Origin: Gonapodya sp. JEL0774
Taxonomy: Eukaryota
Length of the DNA stretch: 64,000 bases
Assembly: GCA_027604505.1 (NCBI GenBank)
Contig: JADIIX010000017.1
Location: forward strand, 62,001-126,000
Reading direction: 5' to 3'
Shown: one piece after another, positions 48,924 through 62,275 of the stretch
How the letters are laid out: the number at the start of each line of letters is the position of its first letter
How positions within the stretch are numbered: position 1 is the first letter of the stretch
Program-made: the position numbers and the translations under genes
The notes under the pieces: generated by a model
Databases searched by the model: none
What the model saw: only the letters and a program-made list of their open reading frames with translations
Told to the model about the DNA's origin: nothing

Positions 48924-51386
48924 ATGGCTCACCAGCCAAAAGTCAATCTCTCCGAAAAGTTCAAGTTTGGCGCGACGCTCGGCAAGTGTGTGTCGCTCTG
49001 CTCTCGAATTCTCGTCGAATGGCATATGTGTTGACCGAGATCGAATGCTCCTGCTTCCAATCCTCCTTCAACACGCGCTGGCTTTATTCTTCTTACTTCC
49101 ATTTCATTGAAATTATGTTTTCTTGGTCCTCCACCTCCTACCTTCCCCCGTTCGCCCTTCGTCGATTCATCGATTCTTCACCACTTGTCAGGGGATCGTT
49201 TGCGACCGTCGTCGTCGCCACGGACAATGCTACAGGATCACAATATGCCTTAAAAATAATTGGTTGTTATTTGGGTCGTTGTTGTCCCTGAGGTGTTTGC
49301 TGCTTGGCACTTATTGCGTGAATGCTTCACCAGACAAGGCCCGATGTCGCGGACAGGAAGTGAGTGGGCAGGATGAATGAGACAGTGCCCTCGGCTGTCT
49401 TTCTAGACTCGTCGCAAAGCCTACGTCTCGACCTCCACTCACGGATTCCCTCTCGTCTCTTCAAATCTCCAGGAACATATTGTAAAAGAAATCACCATCC
49501 TGAAAAAAATCCAGCATCCCAACATCGTACAGCTGTTCGACGTTTTTGAGACCAGAGATAAATTGTATCTACAGATGGAATAGTGAGTCTGGCTGTCTGG
49601 AAGTGAGGGCTTCGCGGCAATTCAATGGAACCCCCCACGCTCACAACGCGCTCCCGTTCTCTCCGTTTGCGTCCTACCTGCTGCGAATTCTGCGAACGCT
49701 CGCTTGTCGGCAACCATCCACACCTCACAAATAGCGTTACAGGCGGGGAACTATTTGACCGCATCGTGAACCGGGGAAATGTGAAGCCACTCTCCTCCAC
49801 TCTCCGATTTTACTTGCCTTTTCACTACTCCTCTTTGCTCTCCCGATTTGATTTTTCGATCTTACGACTATTCACGGGACGGATCTTTGTGCTCGGATCC
49901 TCAGTACACTGAACACGACGCTCGCGGGCTCATAAAATCAATTTTGGGGGCCGTGGACTACCTCCACAAGCAAAATATCGTGCACCGAGTGAGATGCGTC
50001 AAGTTTTTTTTCGCCCCTCGTTCTGTGACAATTTGGTCGCTCATACAATATCCGGAAAAACAGGACCTAAAGCCCGAAAATCTACTCATGGCCGGTCAAC
50101 CTGACAGTCCCACGGGATCACAGTCGGATATTGACCAAGTAAAATTGGCGGATTTCGGTCTGGCGACCTTCGCGGAAACGGATTTCATGCTCAAGACGAG
50201 CTGTGGGACTTTGACATACGTGGTCAGTGTGGGAAGAGGAACGGGGAGGAGATGATTTTTGAAACGCTCTTGTTGAAACAAACACTCGATATTGACGGGC
50301 GTGGTGGTGTCCTTCACGCAGGCTCCTGAGATTCTCCGACAAGAAAAATACGGAAAGCCAGTGGATATGTGGTCGATAGGGATCATAACGTACATTCTGT
50401 GAGTGAGGAATCGCTATTACTAGTTCAAGCAAGGGTGTGACGTTGAAGTTCTGGTTCCGCGTTGTGCTTTTTAGGTTGTGTGGATGTGAGTAGCTCGTGA
50501 CTGTGGCAGGGTGGTGTGTCTCCGCAGTGTTGACGCGGCATTTGCGTGTTTGCCGTCCTCGAATGTCGTCTTTTGCTCCAATCACTCTTCCGCTGCTCGT
50601 AACGGGAAACAAAGACCCTCCGTTTTGGGCAGAGGACGATGCCGGGGTACTGGAACTGACACTGAAGGGAAAGTACAAATGTGAGTCCGCGTGCCAATTG
50701 TGCTGCCCCCCCCCTTGAACGCCACGAACTCGACGTCGCTCCTTCCTCCGACTCCTCCACGTGTTCACTGCCCTGGTACGCGGACTGAACCGGAATGTAA
50801 CCTGTGACCACACAGTCTTCTCCCCCGATTGGGACACTGTCACCGCCACGGCCAAAGACTTCATCTCCCGCCTGGTGGTGATTGACCCCGCTAAACGCAT
50901 CACCTCGGAGCAAGCTCTGGCCCACCCGTGGATCGCCGGTGTCGGGGACGACGTGGCACCCAAGAGGGTGTTGACGACCGTCAGTGAGAACTTGGTGAAG
51001 AACTTCAACGCTAAGAAGAAATTTAGGGTGAGTGTGCAGATAGGGAGGACCGAGGCGGCGAGCAGTGGTGGGCGGTTGATGGAGAAGCTTGGGCGTATCG
51101 CCGCCGGTGAAGGTGCTGTGAGTGGTTGGAACGGTGACGGTGGGACGGCGGGCGACAGGTCTTCTCCCCATTTTCCTTCTCACGCGGGTCCGCTCCCACC
51201 CTCGTCGTTTTGTTCCGCTGACACCCTCAACAACCCATCTCTGCCGCGACCCTTATTCCCACCTCCACCGACACCGCGATCTCTCCACCCTCTCCGCCCA
51301 AGTCCGCCATCATGACTGTCATGACGGCCAAAGCCATGGAAAACGCCATGACCGCGTCGCGCAAGGAGTCGGAACAGATGTCGTGA
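48924..51386 (+). CDS. Calcium/calmodulin-dependent protein kinase (CaMKI/CMK-like), multi-exon
   Basis: [109 protein letters not shown] and CaM-binding NFNAKKKFR. Confidence 0.93.
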
Positions 51387-51796
51387 TTCGGGGTGGTGTT
51401 TCCCAAACCCCGTTGGGGAGAGTGCTCGGGCTGAGGTCTGGGGCGAGTTCGGGAGTGAGGGGAAGAGGCCGGGAGGGTGCCTGGAGTGTGCAGGGTGACC
51501 GAGATCCCCGCAAGAGTGCGCCTCAGGTTTGATATTAGGAATGGTGGGGCATCGCGGTAACCGGGCCCCGGGGAGTGGGACTTGCTAGACATCTTTTGTA
51601 AATGAATATAGTCTATTGATTTTGCCCCTTCCGGGTGGGTTCAGTGGTGGAATTCTCAGGGCGGTTTTGGAACCCGCGGGAACAAAATTCAAACCGGGCG
51701 CGGGGCGGGGGCGCCCCCCGGCCCCGGGGCGGGGGGCGGGAATGGTGCCGGGGGCGTGTGCGGGGGGATCGGACGCGCGCCCGGCGGGGAGGGGGT

Positions 51797-51806
51797 NNNN
51801 NNNNNN
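51797..51806. other. Assembly gap (10 N) with low-quality G/C homopolymer flanks
   Basis: Run of n; AACAAAATTCAAACCGGGC occurs on both sides (51681-51699 and 51817-51835). Confidence 0.95.
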
Positions 51807-51849
51807 ACCCCGGGGCAACAAAATTCAAACCGGGCACCCCCCCCCCCCC

Positions 51850-53735
51850 CCCCGGAACGAGTTCCACGAGGTCCCACGGCACAACCTCGCTAGCGTGCAT
51901 CTTTCTGAAAACGACACTCTCAGCGTCCACCACAGACCTGTGAACGACTCCACCTACACCCACGGTGCAGAATGTACACGAGGGTTATCACAGGACAGAG
52001 GTGCTCACGTGTAAACCCGGCCGGGCGCGAATATCGCCGAGGGCGGTGTTTGATAGGGATGGTCGTCATGACGTTGAAAGCCGACACGCTGGGGAACAGA
52101 TACACCAGTACGAGACCTTACCCTCGTGCGTCACGTTGACCTACCACTACCGCTCAGCAAACTTCAAAAAGACACCTTGAGCCTTGACCGACGATCGATG
52201 TCCCCCAAAATCTCACTCATTCCCGCAACCGGCCAACGCGTCCAACCTTGGTGCGCACAACCACCGCCCTCACGGCGGAACTACCTACCCGATCCCTCCC
52301 ACGTCGCCGCACCCGCACCGGCACCACTAAATGGGGCCAGCACATCCAGAACGGAATCTGAGCTCGGAGTGGCCGTGCGGGAGAGGCGACGAGGGGTGCG
52401 GAGAGGGGGGTCGGTAGGGGTGGGATGGGACGTCGAGGGACCACACTCGACACGACGATCGGCCCCCCACCCCAAGTGTCCACCCGTGCTTTTCCACAAG
52501 CTGCTTCGGTACTTGTCAGGCTGCCACATTCCCATGTTCATTCGGTATCGTACACATTCGTTCGTGGTTACAATCTCGGGACCACGAAAGCCGGCCACGA
52601 CCCCGCTCCCCGTTCCCCGCCAAGCCTGCACCGACGGCTGATTCAGGTCCAACAGGTCGCGGGTCACATGTCCCAGCGGTGGCGAGACGGTGTGTGGCGA
52701 CCATCCCAAGGGGGCTCGGGCCTGGCGATGGCTCATAACGAAGCCCGTCGAGAAGGTCACGGCACGCCCCCCAACCACCACTAAAACACCACCAAGACCC
52801 CGTTGCTTCCTCAGCGACCACATAGTCTTCTGGGGTATCTCTCTCCGATCTCCACCCTGCACAACCACAACAGCAACAGCCCGCGTCCCCACACCCCCGC
52901 GTCCTCCTCGCACACAATGTCCTTTTCGTCTTCAAAGTACGTTCAGTGGTGCGGTTTTTGAGTTTTTTTTGGCGGATTTGACGTATTTGAATCTGGGACG
53001 GGTGGAAGGTGGCGGTCATGGTGGTAAGTGGGGAAACATTGCGACGAAAATGGCGGAGAATGAGATTTGGGAAGGGAGACGGGGACAGTCAAATAAAAGG
53101 GTGTGCGTGGATACGGGAAGGCGGCGTAGGAACAGCCACTTTCAAACACGTACGTTGGGAAGGATTCAGCGGTTTTGGGGGGTAGCATGGGAGCGAGGAC
53201 ATGTCTGGAAGGAAAGGCGGGAAGACAGGTTGGGATTGGAGGAAGGGGATTTTAGGTGGGAGAGGAGGAGGGAGGAGGGAGCGTGAGTGTGGAGTGGATG
53301 ACTCGGCCAGGTATCAGGGTAGAAGACGGCGAACCACGCTCGGGCCCCAACCCGGCACTGGACATGTGTCCACTCTCCGAAAATGCTTTGACCACCATGT
53401 GTAGCATCACAAAAGGAGCGGCGACCCGTGTGCAGTCGGTCTCGATACGAAGGTCGATCGATGCCCAGTTATCGGTCCGCCCAATACAGATGCTCAGCAC
53501 CCGCCCACGCACAGCAGGTAACGGGGCTCAGGAAAAAGAGCAAGAACGATTCAGATACGAGAGAAAAGACTCACTTGGCGGGAGGTTTTTCGGCCTTTGG
53601 AACTTTGACTTCCTTGTCGGATACTGGAGTTGTCGGAGGAAATCCCATTTTCTGTTCGAACGAGCGGGCAGGAGAAGAAGAGAAGAGCCGTACTGGAAGG
53701 TTGCGCAGAGTGCGGAGAGTGCGTGCGGGATTCAT
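51850..53735 (-). CDS. Uncharacterised multi-exon gene with mitochondrial presequence-like N-terminus; 3' end runs into the gap region
   Basis: ATG 53735 gives MNPARTLRTLRNLPVRLFSSSPARSF (Arg-rich, no acidic residues), then donor GTGAGT and an in-phase next exon NIFGEWTH. Later exons could not be resolved uniquely. Confidence 0.45.
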
Positions 53736-54312
53736 TGCAGGAGTGGTCGAGTGGTTGGGTGGATTGTTCGGACTGACTCGTTGGACTCTTAGCTGCCCAT
53801 CGCGCAAATAACCACTTAGTATTTACTGTTACTCACGTAACAAATGTATTTACAGAATTGATTTAATTAATTCATGAAAATACCGCTGGGCCCTCAAGTG
53901 CGCATACGCGAGGACGACCATCGCCGTGGAGCTGTAAGAGTGTGCGGAATGGGACTTGCGGCCCCTCTGTATGCCATTTTACGTGTCATTCCAAACAAAT
54001 TGTTCTTTTTCTCTCTTGGGAGAAATGAATGGGATGAATGTAATAATGAATCCTTGTGACATAGAATCGATGCATACTCATACACAGGACTCAGTTCGGT
54101 GCGACAAAGAAATTGTAGAAAACGATAATCGCCCACGAAAGAACTCCGTGCTCCGCGACAAAAACAGAAATAGTCCAACAATCAACGACTTTAGTTGAAC
54201 CCCAACTCAACTCGCACGTTCACGTTACGTTCATGTTCAATCAACACCTTGAATCAGCCTCATCGTGCACAGCCCAATATCTCATTCTCAGTTGTTGCGG
54301 GCACAACACCTC

Positions 54313-57300
54313 CTACTCCCGTCTCATCGACTCCTTCTTCTTGGCAGTCGCTTGCCTCAATATTTCGGCCGGCGACACAATGAAATCGTCGTCGTCGTCC
54401 GACAAGTCGGGAACCACCGTGAGTCGCAGTGCGGTTCTCGGGCTCACACGTTTGCCCGTCAGCGGGTCATGCACATTCGAGGGCATCGGGGCACGTAAGG
54501 GTGGTTTCATAATCGGCACATTGGTGGCGGTGGATTTCTGTTGCGGGGGTGCGGGCACAGGATTGGCGAGCCGGTTGTGCGCTGTACTCGAGGTGAGTTT
54601 GGGTGGGCTGGAGAACGGATTGGACAAATGGTCGGAGGATGGTGGTGGTGGCATTGGGAGCGCTTTCGACTGGCCGATGGTCGTATCCACAGGTCGGTTG
54701 GTGTTGAATCCAAAGTGCTGCTTTTCAACCCGTGGATAGTTGTGAGGATGGGATATGAAGGTGTTTCTGTTCTCCTTGTGGGAATCCTCGGGACTTCTGC
54801 GACCGGGTCCAATGGGATGTGCGTGCGCCTCATATGCCCCTGCAGGTTCATCCAACGGTGTGGGATGGTGCTGGGACAGAGTGTGACCGTTTCTACTGAT
54901 TCGGCCATATCGATCATACGGTTGTTCGGATTTCATCTTCATCCAATCCATGAACTCTGATCGATCGTGTGGTTGCGCGACGCCCAATCCACCGTCATTG
55001 CGACCTCCGGCTATCTGTGCATCGTGAGGTCTTTGCGGCTTGGCCGAATCGAAGAATATGGGGTCGACAGCTTGGTTTGGTTTCTCAGCTCCATTACCAC
55101 CGCTCTCACTGTCACTGTCACTCCCAAATGGTTGGAGAAGTCTGTCCCAATCGCCCTGCCTCTGCCGCCCGAGATTCGACTTCTTAGGCTTCCACGCGAC
55201 AGAATGTGATTTCTTGAACCCATGTGACAATTCCTCGAGCATGCTCATTGAATTATTGTCCATCGTCGGTTCGTCGGAAACGCCCGAAACGGAGCTGTTG
55301 TCGTAGTTGTCGTCGTCTTCAATTTCATCTTCGCTGACCGCTTTCCTTGGTCTCTGGGCCGGAGAAGGCGCGGAGTCGGGGGAGGAGGGTTGGTATGCAT
55401 ATCGGACCTTCTTTTTTGCAAAAGACCGTGAGCCTGCAATGAGGATGGGAAAGATCGGGTGGCCCTCCGAGTCGGTGTCACCAACCTGGCTTCGATTCCG
55501 CTTTCCACGGCCGAGGTCCTCCTTGGGGAGCTCCGTTTTTATGACGGTCTCCAAAACCTTGGCCCATTGTGAGGTATCCTGCTCTGCCAGGGCAACCTGA
55601 GCTTTATGCTCCGCCTCCCAAATCTGTGAGAAGTTACCCAAGTTGAGGATCATGATAAGCGAAAAATATTCAGACATGATCTGCAGCTCACCTTGCCGGC
55701 AAACGGATTAGGTTTGGAATCCGTTTGCTCTGCTTCAGTTTCAGCTGTTCGATCCAGCATTTGCTCAAACTCCTCGTCGGTAAAATGGCGGAACACCTCT
55801 TTGTTTTCGCTGTGGAAGAGGGCTTTTGCGGCCCAGGCAAGACTGGACTCGATTTCTTGCGCGTTGGAGTTCATCTTCTGAATAACGACTGGGAAACGAC
55901 AAGCCACAAGAGCAGAATAAGACGCAAGTTTGATAGTGCAGGCGACTCTTGGCCCACTTTTCAAACCACTCACCATCATCCAGGGCAAGTTTCCTTTTCG
56001 ATAGTTCGACTACCTGCTCTTCGATAGAGTTCCGAGTGACTGCAAGTGGTGGGACGTCAATCACGAAGAAGACCACACGCTGAAAAGTCAATTCACGCGT
56101 ACCAAAGCGTAAGACGAGAACTCGCTTCGTCTGCCCAATCCTGTGGCAACGACCGATGGCTTGTTTTCTGCAAAGATATAGGTGATGCTCCAGGGCACGA
56201 AATTCCAACGAAGATGAAGAGTTCGCCGATGACAACTCACTCAACTTGTGGGTTCCAGTCTGTGTCATAAAGAATGACAGTGTCGGCACTGGTGAGATTA
56301 ATTCCCACCCCACCTGCGCGTGTGCTGAGGAGCATGACAAAGTGCTCCGACTCTGCGCTTTCAAACATGTCAATTATGACGGGACGATCAGTCGGTTTCA
56401 CTTTTCCGTCGATCCTGAGGAATTGATTGGCAAAGCCTTCACCCGAGAGCACGTCCTCCAGGAGATCTAGTGTCTGCGTGAAATTGGAGAACAGCAGAAC
56501 GCGATTGCCTCCCTTCTTGAGTCTTGCTAAGATCTCGACAAGAGCAGCCACTTTCCAGGACGCCTCTATCAGCATTTCGTGGGAGTCATCCTGTTCAACA
56601 CCGGGGATAAGGTAAGGGTGGTTTGCTATCTTCCGCAGCTCCCTAATTACAAAGTTCGGAAATTAATGAAGAAAGCGTTGATCCCATGCCGAGAACACGA
56701 ACATTATGGGATTGTTCTTGGGGCCAACTTTGACTTGGGAGTTATGAGTTTGAGCAAGTTTCAAAAGGAACTCGCGACTGTTGGTCAGAATCTCCACAGA
56801 AAGCTTCCTTTGAAGTGGGGTCATGGTTCCTAAGTATGAAGAACAATTTGAGTACGTATGCGTCGAACGCGACGACAGACCGCTGAAACGTACCACAAAC
56901 TATACGCTCGGTAATCGGGGGCTGTTTACAGAGAGTGTGAAGTTACAGAGTGAGGATTCAGGTTGGAACAAGGGAAAGGGAAAGCCAATACGAAACGGAC
57001 CAGGGTTTGAAGTCCATTGGTTCGAAGTTCCTCCTTCGTCCGCCGCAGAATATAAGGGATCAATCGTTGATGTAAGCTTGTGACCAGATCTGCGTTAAGG
57101 CTTTCAAACGAGTAAGTTTGCTCAAGGTCATCCAGATCCTTGAACTCCGTCGGCTCAAGAAAGTGCAACAGGGCAAATAGCTCTCTCGTGTTGTTCTGAA
57201 CTGGGGTACCGGTCAAAAGCAACTTGAAAGTTGCGCGCAAGGTTGCCAAAGCTCGCGGAAGCTGTGCTTCGTCATTCTTCAAACGGTGGGCCTCGTCGAC

Positions 57301-60016
57301 AATCACGCCATGCCAGGTGATGTGACGCAAGAGAGCAGTATCCGTATTCTAGTAATACACAGTTAAGGAGGTCAAAGCTCGCGGTCAAAGTGACATACTA
57401 ACCGCCGTATCATAGGTCGTGAGGACAACATGACATGCCAGGTCGTTGCATGCTTTCACGTCATGGAACAGCTCGTAGTCCTATCAAATCATAGAAAGTT
57501 TGCGCACTCAACATTTCTAAATTTCCAAAAGTGAAGAAGAGATCAAACACACCCGAACTCGAGAGCGATTTTGTTCCAGCCCTGAGTAGCAGCGAACGAT
57601 CGTATCTGGAAGCCAAGCTTCGAATTCTCGACGCCAGTTTTCAATGGTAGAAGCAGGTACCACAATCAAGAATGGAAACACAGAGTGGGTGGACATGAGA
57701 TACCCGACAAGCGAGATAACTTGGATAGTCTTCCCAAGTCCCTGAAAAATCATTACTGCGCTTGAGATTCGACCATTAAATTTGAGAGAAAAGCCTTTCC
57801 AACCGCACCATTTCGTCGGCGAGAACCGCGTTCTTCTGTGAATACCACCGGAACAAAAGGAAGCTGACAGAGGCCGATCAGTTGTGTTGTGGTTGCGAAA
57901 GCCAGAGATACACTGAACTCACTTTAGTCCAGCCAGCTGGTGTGACATAAGTGTCTTCTGTAAACACGCGGGTTGTTGGCGAAGCTCCGAGAAATTCGTG
58001 GACAATCGAACTTCAGTCGCGAGCTTTGCGAGCCGTAATTCGTTCTTGGCCGAGCTAACTTCCCTAGATCGAGAGTATTGTGCATGCGCCTTGATGATTT
58101 CCTCGTCCAGTCCCTTGTTTCCTGAAGGGAGTGTTTCCCAGGTCGCGGCGTGTTCATTCAGTTCACGCCACTTCACCAGATGCCTCATTGTACCGTCAAC
58201 TTCCTTGACAGACATAACTCGTTCGACAAGTAGGTACTCTGCTTTGAAAGATTGGAGTTCGGGGATGGATTGGGGCCGCGGTCTCGAGTTCAAGTAGTTC
58301 GCCAGCTTCTGTTGCTGTTTCGACTCCAACCAGAAGTGAGGTACCCATTCACGCTTGTGGTAAGAAAAGTCTTGAAGTTTGACGAGGTACTGGCGTGCAC
58401 CTCCTTCTTCGCGATAAGTCAGTATTTTTTCCACTATCTTCTGACCAGTTCCTTCCTCACAGAACGTACAGAGCCAATCCGTGGGAGTCGTGCTCAGAGA
58501 AGTCCCACTGTGATTGTTGTGACACTCCACGTGCTCAACTAGCATCAGTATTGAAACAGAATTCAGAGAAAGTTTTAGGGAACAACTCAACACCGCCCAA
58601 CTCATAGGCTCACCGATTCCACAACTGGCACATTTCAGAGCATTTGAGTCAAGCTCCTTTTTAGGTTTGTATTGAACAATCACAGTATGGAACGCAACGA
58701 GGCCGCAGTGCCGGCAGGTGGGTCCCTCTTTGAAAGGCGCCTTTGTTGCTGCCTTGACCGGTTCTGGGCGATCTTCTTCCTCTGCAAATTGCTCCTCAGT
58801 GATGTCTTCCACCTCAGTGTAAGATTTGGTAGCCGCGTTGCGCCCACTTCTCCTACCAGGTTTGGCCTTGTTGGGCGGAGGTCGGGCCATTTCGACGACA
58901 TCATCGTCCGAGTCCGCATACTTGGCTCTCTGAAAGGTCTGAATACGTGTAGAAGCTCGAAGCTTCTCCTTCACATATTCTTCCGTGTCCTCGTCGAGCA
59001 CATCTGACTCCGACCCTTCTGATTCTGTCAAGCTCCAATGCTTTTCCTCGTCCTCTTCCTCTCCTGCGACGTCTTTGTCCACGACCATGGGAGCATAATT
59101 GACAGCATTAGAGCTCGAGCGAAGATTGCGGAGGTTGTGCCCGCGGTCTTCAGTAGTGGAATCGAAAGAAGCAGTCTGGCGAGGGTCACTTGATGACCCT
59201 CGTGGGCGCTTCAGACGGCGACGAGCTCCCTCTGCCACAGTAACGTCTCCGTCTGTTAAGGGCACTGACGTACCCTGACCTCCGTCCTCGTCCATGTCCG
59301 CCTCCTCCTCGTCCGATGATTGGACTTTTCGTTTGAGTTTCCGGCGTTTCGCTCTCTTTGCAGCGCCAGGACCAGGCGATTCCTCACCATCGTCCGCCTC
59401 AGATTGGTCATTCTTGGTTGATCCCCTTTTTCGACTGCTGCTGCTCTTGCCTGACTTGGCCATCGGTACAGGGGTAGCAGGGACAATCACAACCGGTTCG
59501 TCGCTCCGCACGTGCGCCGGAAGTCCCCTTAAAGGTGCTTTATGAAGTGCATTAGCCTTTGACACTGCGTTAGATTGGTTTCGGCTCGGGTAGCTTGTAA
59601 GTGCGGCACATGTGAGTTGGAAGTTCACGAGAATGGTGAACTGAGCAACACATACGCCGCATTCCACCCATGCATAAACTCCTCCAGCAACTCTTCACAG
59701 CCAATTAAATTAGTTTTGGGCTCCCAGGTGCGTTCTTGCGAGACCGAATATCTCTGTTGAGTTTGACGTTCCATTCCACAAAGTGAATTTCCACAACTCA
59801 CCGTCGTACGAAACGTCCCACTCCACCAGCCACTTTTGTTCGTGCCGATTACCAGATATCTCTGTCCGCATGTCCAGGATGCTGCGTTAAAAAAAAGTGC
59901 GGCCAGGTTAAGCTCCTTTCCCTCGCCATCCACTCTCTGATTCGACCCCGAATGCCCGCCGATCGCACTGACCTTCGTACATAGTACACATCTTCTTCGA
60001 GTGGATCGGCAGCCAT
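54313..60016 (-). CDS. CHD/Mi-2-type SNF2 chromatin remodeller: N-terminal chromodomain, PHD-like finger, tandem chromodomains, ATPase
   Basis: CRHC..CASC..H..C..WLCTFC, VEKILTYR..YLVK, VERVM..HLVKWREL..ATWE, LADEM-GLGKTIQ, DEAHRLKN, LLTGTPVQNN, LLSTRAGGVGINLTSADTVILYDTDWNPQ and QAIGRCHRIGQ. Confidence 0.9.
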
Positions 60017-60476
60017 GGCGATGGACGCCTCTTTGGCCAGTGTGGAAGGGAAAGGAATTTGCGCCGAACGCGGGACGGACTTTAGAGTGAAGGGAAAGGG
60101 TGCGTTGAGGGACGATTGAGACCGGGAATCGTGGATCCAATTGAAAACCGCTCTGCAAGTTGGTGTAACGGGTACGGAATCGAAGAATCCAAACGACCTT
60201 GTTCCGGCTGCACAATCCAGGCAAGCCACTGTGGAACAAGAAGCAGGTGCGCCAAAATTTGAAATGACAATGCTCCGAAAACTAGAATGGCGGCAATATA
60301 AAGCTTTTGTTAGGCTGTTGTCTTTGTTCTGACTCCACACGGTTCAATCAAACAGTAAGTGCAAAGCATGTATTGCTATATCATGGTACCTGTAACAAAG
60401 GCTCATGTGGATAATTGTGAGAGCATCAGAGCCAGGAAAACCTTGCTCCAAAGCTTGGCGGGCTGGAAAGAGTGTT

Positions 60477-61693
<1,217 letters not shown>

Positions 61694-62275
61694 GGCTAAG
61701 GGATTTCTTTAAGATAGAGAAATGTTACGGTCGAGTTGAGGAAGGATATCGAGAGGGAGCAAAAGAGTTGGCAAGAATTGGGGTGTTTCAGCCTCGGAGC
61801 AAACATCCCGGTGTATTCAGACAAAGACAAAGCAAAGATCCGGATTTTCTCGCCCAAATCGGCCCCCAAAATACGCTCATCACCGATTCCGTCCACCCTG
61901 CGACTCCATGCTTCTGGCTGCCTTTGATGGCAATTTTGGGACTCGCCAATTCAACTTTGCGTCCATCCATCCATCCACTCCGACGTCAGTTCCACCAGTT
62001 CCAGCCGCAACTTGACTCCTCCATTTTGTATCTGCGACCGGACTCGCTGTCGTCCCAGGGAGACTCACGTGCGTTGGTGGATGCGGTGATTGGCGGTGTC
62101 AGGTTTTTGTGTGGGGTGCCGCTGCCAATAACATCAATAATATGCAAGCAACTCCCGGCTACTATATATATCAGAGCATAACAATTCAGACGTCCGCTGT
62201 GTATCAACTGTATACAACTCAATATATCTCTATGAGACGGTCCTAAAATGTAAACCCGACAAAAGTACATGACAT

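Noticed and set aside
51681..51853. 19-nt repeat AACAAAATTCAAACCGGGC and G/C runs suggesting an element end or G-quadruplex
   Set aside because: The copies flank a 10-N gap with homopolymer-rich sequence; most likely low-quality overlapping contig ends.
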